Shown here: positions 7,812-11,290 of the stretch, in pieces
How positions within the stretch are numbered: position 1 is the stretch's first letter
How the letters are laid out: every line of letters starts with the position of its first letter
Assembly (NCBI GenBank): GCA_043732305.1
Contig: JAYTHU010000155.1
Location: 1 to 11,290, forward strand
Source: Oligoflexia bacterium
Lineage (GTDB): Bacteria; Bdellovibrionota; Bdellovibrionia; JABDDW01
Length of the DNA: 11,290 nucleotides
Reading direction: 5' to 3'
Position numbers and translations under genes: made by a program
The notes under the pieces: model-generated
Database searches by the model: none
The model's input: the letters and a program-made list of their open reading frames with translations, nothing else
What the model was told of the DNA's origin: nothing

Positions 7812-8249
7812 ATGGCGATAAAAAAAGCGGTTAGAATGGAAGGGATCACTCTCACAGTGGCCAGTGTTGATAAATCCGTCGATTTCTACACTCAGAAAAT
7901 GGGATTTTCATGTCCATGGAATTCATCTCCACATTTTGCGATGATTCGCGTCGGCGGCCCGACCGGTGGAACAATTGGATTGCTTGCACTCAGTGAAGCG
8001 ATGAAGGAGGGAGCAACCAAATCTACGGCAAAACAAAAACGCGCGATACACATTGAATTAAGCACAGATGATTTGGACGGGTTTTATAAAGCCCTTTTAA
8101 AAAAAGGCGTTAAATTTCACGCGCCTCCCCATGATGAGCCTTGGGAACGCGCGGCAACCGCATTTGATCCTGACGGATATTCTATAGAAATCGCCCAAGG
8201 CCGCCGTGGAAAAAGCAAACCAAGCACTAAGAAGCAAAATAAAAAATAA
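7812..8249 (+). CDS. VOC family (glyoxalase/bleomycin resistance) protein
   Basis: ITLTVASVDKSVDFYTQKMGF, HIELSTDDLD and PHDEPWERAATAFDPDGYSIEI; GAGGG RBS; Lys-rich tail. Confidence 0.93.
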   Translation: MAIKKAVRMEGITLTVASVDKSVDFYTQKMGFSCPWNSSPHFAMIRVGGPTGGTIGLLALSEAMKEGATKSTAKQKRAIHIELSTDDLDGFYKALLKKGVKFHAPPHDEPWERAATAFDPDGYSIEIAQGRRGKSKPSTKKQNKK

Positions 8250-8717
8250 ATGTTAAATTGGGAAAGACTCACACCACATATTGATATCTCATCACCAGCT
8301 GCGGAAATAGATTTTAGTATGATCGGCGCTTTGACTAGTGGGAATGGGCACGGCGAAGTGAATGTCGTTTTGAAGTTTTCACTTTTTCAAGACGGATTTC
8401 CGAATGACATTCAAATTAAATTTAAACGAGATTCTGTCCTTGCGCACCGATATGTCCAAGAACCTTTCGATGAAATCACGGGATTCATCGGCGACGCTCC
8501 TAAAATTTCTAGAGGACTATACAAAGATGCGACCTACCCCCTACTCACAGCTGTTAAATCCATTTGGCTTCAAGAATTTGCTGAAGTATTTCATGACAAA
8601 ACTTTTGCTGTTTGCAAGCACTATCTTTTTGCCAGCTTGAACGACATCGTCGAAATATTGGCCAGTGAAGATCCCGAGATTCAAATTCTAAATACGAAAA
8701 CCAGGACTGAAAACTAG
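8250..8717 (+). CDS. Hypothetical cytoplasmic protein (155 aa), directly abutting the VOC gene
   Basis: TAAATG junction at 8247-8252; globular, acidic composition; no signal peptide or TM segment. Confidence 0.8.
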   Translation: MLNWERLTPHIDISSPAAEIDFSMIGALTSGNGHGEVNVVLKFSLFQDGFPNDIQIKFKRDSVLAHRYVQEPFDEITGFIGDAPKISRGLYKDATYPLLTAVKSIWLQEFAEVFHDKTFAVCKHYLFASLNDIVEILASEDPEIQILNTKTRTEN

Positions 8718-8724
8718 AGAGAAA

Positions 8725-8889
8725 TCAGGCATCCAGTGGTTTTAGACATTTGATACCAATCCACTTGTAGATCGCAGTTGAACTCATAACCTGCTCCCGG
8801 CAAAATACATCAATCGACTGACTGCCTCGACTAAGAAATTTCTTCACTCACATTCGCTCCTGTTCTTCTGAAAATTTTCTGTGTGCCAT
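8725..8889 (-). pseudogene. IS3-family transposase OrfA (HTH_Tnp_1-like) N-terminal fragment with internal stop
   Basis: Manual translation MAHRKFSEEQERM*VKKFLSRGSQSIDVFCREQVMSSTAIYKWIGIKCLKPLDA*. This matches the RKFSxE...V......S....CRE.G.S...IYKW pattern of IS3 OrfA. In-frame TGA at 8850-8848. Confidence 0.75.
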
Positions 8890-8954
8890 TTTTCATCGTT
8901 CCTAAATCGCCCTGAACTAATCTGACTGACTTCGACACGACATCTTTCATGACA
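8725..8954 (-). mobile_element. Truncated IS3-like insertion sequence (left end only)
   Basis: The minus strand begins TGTCATGAAAGATGTCGTGTCG at 8954 (5'-TG end typical of the IS3 family), 65 nt upstream of the OrfA remnant. No OrfB or right end seen. Confidence 0.6.
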
Positions 8955-9165
8955 TATAGGGCGTTCCCGTACCCACAAAACCTCCCCTGTTTTGTTTCAT
9001 CCAAAGAAAAAAGTTTAAGCGATGACTCAATTCACGAAAAGATATTTTTAAGCAGCCTTCAAAACCAACACTGGATCAAACTTCATTTCTAACTGGGAGC
9101 TGCTGAGATCCAAATAAATTTGAGTTAAAGAAAGTTGCCAAGAGCGGGACTGCTCAAATGTAAAT

Positions 9166-9969
9166 TCAAAGTATTTCATTTGAGTCTAGGACTACAGATT
9201 GACCACTGATCAAACGCCAAAAAATAACAGCTAACTTTTTGGGCTCTTTATAATTCTCATGTTGCCTTTGGGTGATCCCAATCCCCAGCTCGGGATGATT
9301 TCTTAACAAATATTTAACCACAATCTCTTCTAGTCCCGCACGAATCTCAGTTCGAGAGTGGCGCCGCTCCTTAATTGACATCCGATATTCTTTCGAAAGC
9401 CCCATAGCTTCCGGCGATCGCAAAGCCTTCATAACTGTTTGCGCGTACCTTTTTGACTTTTCAATTTCAGGAGTAAAGTTTCCAGATGTATAGAAATAAT
9501 TTATTTTATCCTCGTCCGTACCTGCAGGAATTTTCCTAAAATCGATAAAAAATTCAAGCGTCCTCACTATCATAGAAGGTAGTAAGGAATAAGCGATACC
9601 CAAAATAGCATTCAAGCCAAAGTCCGCCTCGGCGCGGGTTCTAAATGCCCTATCATGAGATGCATGTGCCCTGGCCATGACCTCGTAGGCCCTATCAATT
9701 TCTTCGGGCGACAGCGGGCCACTCAATTCACGGAGCTCCCCTTGATTCAAAAGATAGTAGGCTACGCTCCCTGCATTGATTCCCAGCCCAATTTGGGGAA
9801 AACTCATATTCATTCCTAGATCAACTTTTAAAAGTCCTTCCCGAAAACTCAGCCTAACTCGATCACTGATCAAATCTTCCTCAACCGCCATGCAAGTTTT
9901 ATAATGCTTTGGCTGGGCCTGAAGGTTGAGGCCACTACAAATGATAAGAAGAAAAGTTGTCAAACTCAT
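9166..9969 (-). CDS. Exported hypothetical protein, mainly helical; start uncertain (ATG 9969 or TTG 10005)
   Basis: Long ORF with signal-like TFLLIICSGLNLQA|QP. The upstream extension in the ORF track looks non-coding. Confidence 0.75.
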   Translation of the reverse strand: MSLTTFLLIICSGLNLQAQPKHYKTCMAVEEDLISDRVRLSFREGLLKVDLGMNMSFPQIGLGINAGSVAYYLLNQGELRELSGPLSPEEIDRAYEVMARAHASHDRAFRTRAEADFGLNAILGIAYSLLPSMIVRTLEFFIDFRKIPAGTDEDKINYFYTSGNFTPEIEKSKRYAQTVMKALRSPEAMGLSKEYRMSIKERRHSRTEIRAGLEEIVVKYLLRNHPELGIGITQRQHENYKEPKKLAVIFWRLISGQSVVLDSNEIL

Positions 9970-10174
9970 ACTGCACCATGCTGCACGAAATATGCCCCGC
10001 GCCAAGTGCAAACTATGATGATAAATGTCTACGCTCCACGTCGCGCTCGATTTAGATCGGCTATTCAATTTTCTAGAATCGGTCGTTTCGATAAGGATCG
10101 TAGTGTCGGGCTTCTGAAGGCCATTTTTTATGATAAACCACGTACTTCAAATATTTCAACTCCAAGTCCTACTC

Positions 10175-10849
10175 TCAATTCTCGTAGCCGGCGTCTGGTA
10201 CAAAAATCTTTTTCCAATATTTGTAATATCCTAACTTATTTCGGTAAAGATTTGCGGCGTCATCCTTTGAAAGTGGTGCAAGTGCCGGAGAAGTATCGAT
10301 CAATATACTGATACGTGAATCGATGTTTGAGTTACTTAACCTCATTTTTGCAGCTCGTTCAGCGCCATATTGCGCTCCGAAATCATTTACAGCTAGGTCA
10401 ACACGAGTAAAATAATTTCTTAAATCTTTCACTGGGTAAGTCAGCGATTCCCAAGCTCTGCTATGGTCCATCAAATTATTTGCGAGCGCTCTATAACCTC
10501 CGTCAAGAAAGCAATGTAAGACGCTTGCATGACAGATTGATTTTCGGATGTGGCAAGTCCTTCGACTAAATAAATCGACGCGCCCTGAGTTCCATAAAAA
10601 GTCAGAAGTTTGAAACTGAGATCGATCGAAGTCTGCAAATCAATTCCAATAGATTGAAAAGCAGAAATTAAATCATCCAAAAAAGTGTGAACTTGACTTT
10701 TCTCCACCTTGAACACGAGTGATCAGATCCAACAAATGCAAGGCAACGATGGAAAGCCCCTGGTTCATTCGCTCATCAGTAAATACTTGTTTCACCTCTT
10801 CGGCGGAGGTGACCAAACCGCCTTTTATGATTTTGGGTCGATCCTGCGC
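10175..10849 (-). pseudogene. Fragmented gene spread over three reading frames
   Basis: 10849-10676 reads AQDRPKIIKGGLVTSAEEVKQVFTDERMNQGLSIVALHLLDLITRVQGGEKSSSHFFG*. Removing one base from the A6 run (10679-10684) joins SSSHF to LDDLISAF of ORF 10471..10716. The frame of ORF 10175..10474 is open upstream (FLDGGYRALANNLMDH) and overlaps the middle piece. In-frame TGA at 10852-10850. Confidence 0.7.
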
Positions 10850-11000
10850 TCAAAAAATTGAGTTACAATACTTACTTAAAAACCATAATTCGAATGAGAA
10901 ACAAAAATGTTGAATTACAAGACATTGGTGAACTTAATCCGTAACAAAAAAATGAAATCGATATCCCAAATGCCGTAATTGAGATCGGTGTGACAAACTA

Positions 11001-11016
11001 TGGTTCGCGATTTGCA
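11001..11016 (+). promoter_or_regulatory. Possible sigma54 promoter
   Basis: TGGTTCGCGATTTGCA has GG-N10-GC spacing and TTGCA, about 110 nt upstream of ATG 11126; the -24 box is imperfect. Confidence 0.4.
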
Positions 11017-11125
11017 GTCACGGCAAGCATGATAAAAGACGATAAATACTGTCACCAAACCAGGGGAAGCAAAAATCTGTGTGAAGAATCTCTTAAAAAA
11101 GTTCACTTCTCAAAAAGGGTAAGAA

Positions 11126-11290
11126 ATGAAGCAGTTTAAAAAGCCATACAGAACACATGTAACCAATAAAAAAGCTATATCTGTTGCGCTAGGTCTGATA
11201 TTTTCAACCATCAATTTCGCCCAAGCCCAGCCTAGGGTGGGAATAGCACCTTGCTTTGAAAAATTAGAGGATTTAGTCGGAAAAACCTCT
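11126..11290 (+). CDS. Exported protein, N-terminal part only (runs off window)
   Basis: Not in the ORF track. MKQFKKPYRTHVTNKKAISVALGLIFSTINFAQA|QPRVGIAPCFEKLEDLVGKTS is open to the edge; AAGGG upstream; AQA signal peptidase site. Confidence 0.8.
   Translation, partial: MKQFKKPYRTHVTNKKAISVALGLIFSTINFAQAQPRVGIAPCFEKLEDLVGKTS

Noticed and set aside
7052..8640. ORFs 7052..7468 and 8404..8640
   Set aside because: Antisense shadow of yihY and an out-of-frame nested ORF, respectively.
8848..8850. In-frame TGA (also at 10850-10852) as evidence for an alternative genetic code or selenocysteine
   Set aside because: Intact genes use TGG for Trp and TGA as stop (e.g. yihY). Both cases lie in sequences carrying other lesions.
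8812..8937. Imperfect repeat AATCGACTGACTGCCTCGAC / AATCTGACTGACTTCGAC considered as a CRISPR or repeat array
   Set aside because: Only two degenerate copies about 107 bp apart, both inside the IS remnant; no cas genes.
9981..9997. Sigma54-like GGGCATATTTCGTGCAG on the minus strand
   Set aside because: Spacing is correct but the -12 box is imperfect, and it may lie inside the coding sequence if the start is TTG 10005; not supportable.
9904..11106. ORFs 9904..10311, 10719..10913 and 10915..11106
   Set aside because: The first two are antisense to the minus-strand gene or pseudogene. The third lacks an RBS or motif and covers the divergent promoter region.
1..11290. A single coherent novel multi-gene system (defence, secretion, retroelement, biosynthetic cluster)
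   Set aside because: Genes alternate in orientation, have separate promoters and unrelated folds. No nuclease, ATPase, reverse transcriptase, integrase or structured-RNA array was recognised.

Overview
Gene-dense, moderately AT-rich bacterial window. It is dominated by exported or membrane proteins. The gene mix suggests Bdellovibrionota/Oligoflexia, but that is inference and no marker gene is present. From left to right: a lipoprotein missed by the ORF track (1153->1, minus, runs off the edge, apparent tandem beta-rich repeats); an exported protein with an atypical CX5R phosphatase-like loop; a minus-strand pair (exported hypothetical plus chalcone-isomerase-fold protein) behind a sigma28-like promoter; a small exported protein behind a good sigma54-like promoter; a 4-TM PilZ protein; a POTRA-less Omp85/BamA-TamA-family barrel; a YihY/BrkB protein; and a VOC/glyoxalase gene coupled to a hypothetical gene. 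A decaying accessory segment follows (~8720-11000). It holds an IS3-like OrfA remnant with a terminal repeat, an orphan exported protein and a frameshifted pseudogene. Another exported protein starts at the right edge. I found no rRNA, tRNA, CRISPR array or recognisable defence system, and no complete novel multi-gene system that I can demonstrate. The best leads are the secreted atypical CX5R protein, a shared post-signal-peptide motif (QAQP-x5-6-C-x4-EDL) in two unrelated exported proteins, and the repeat lipoprotein.
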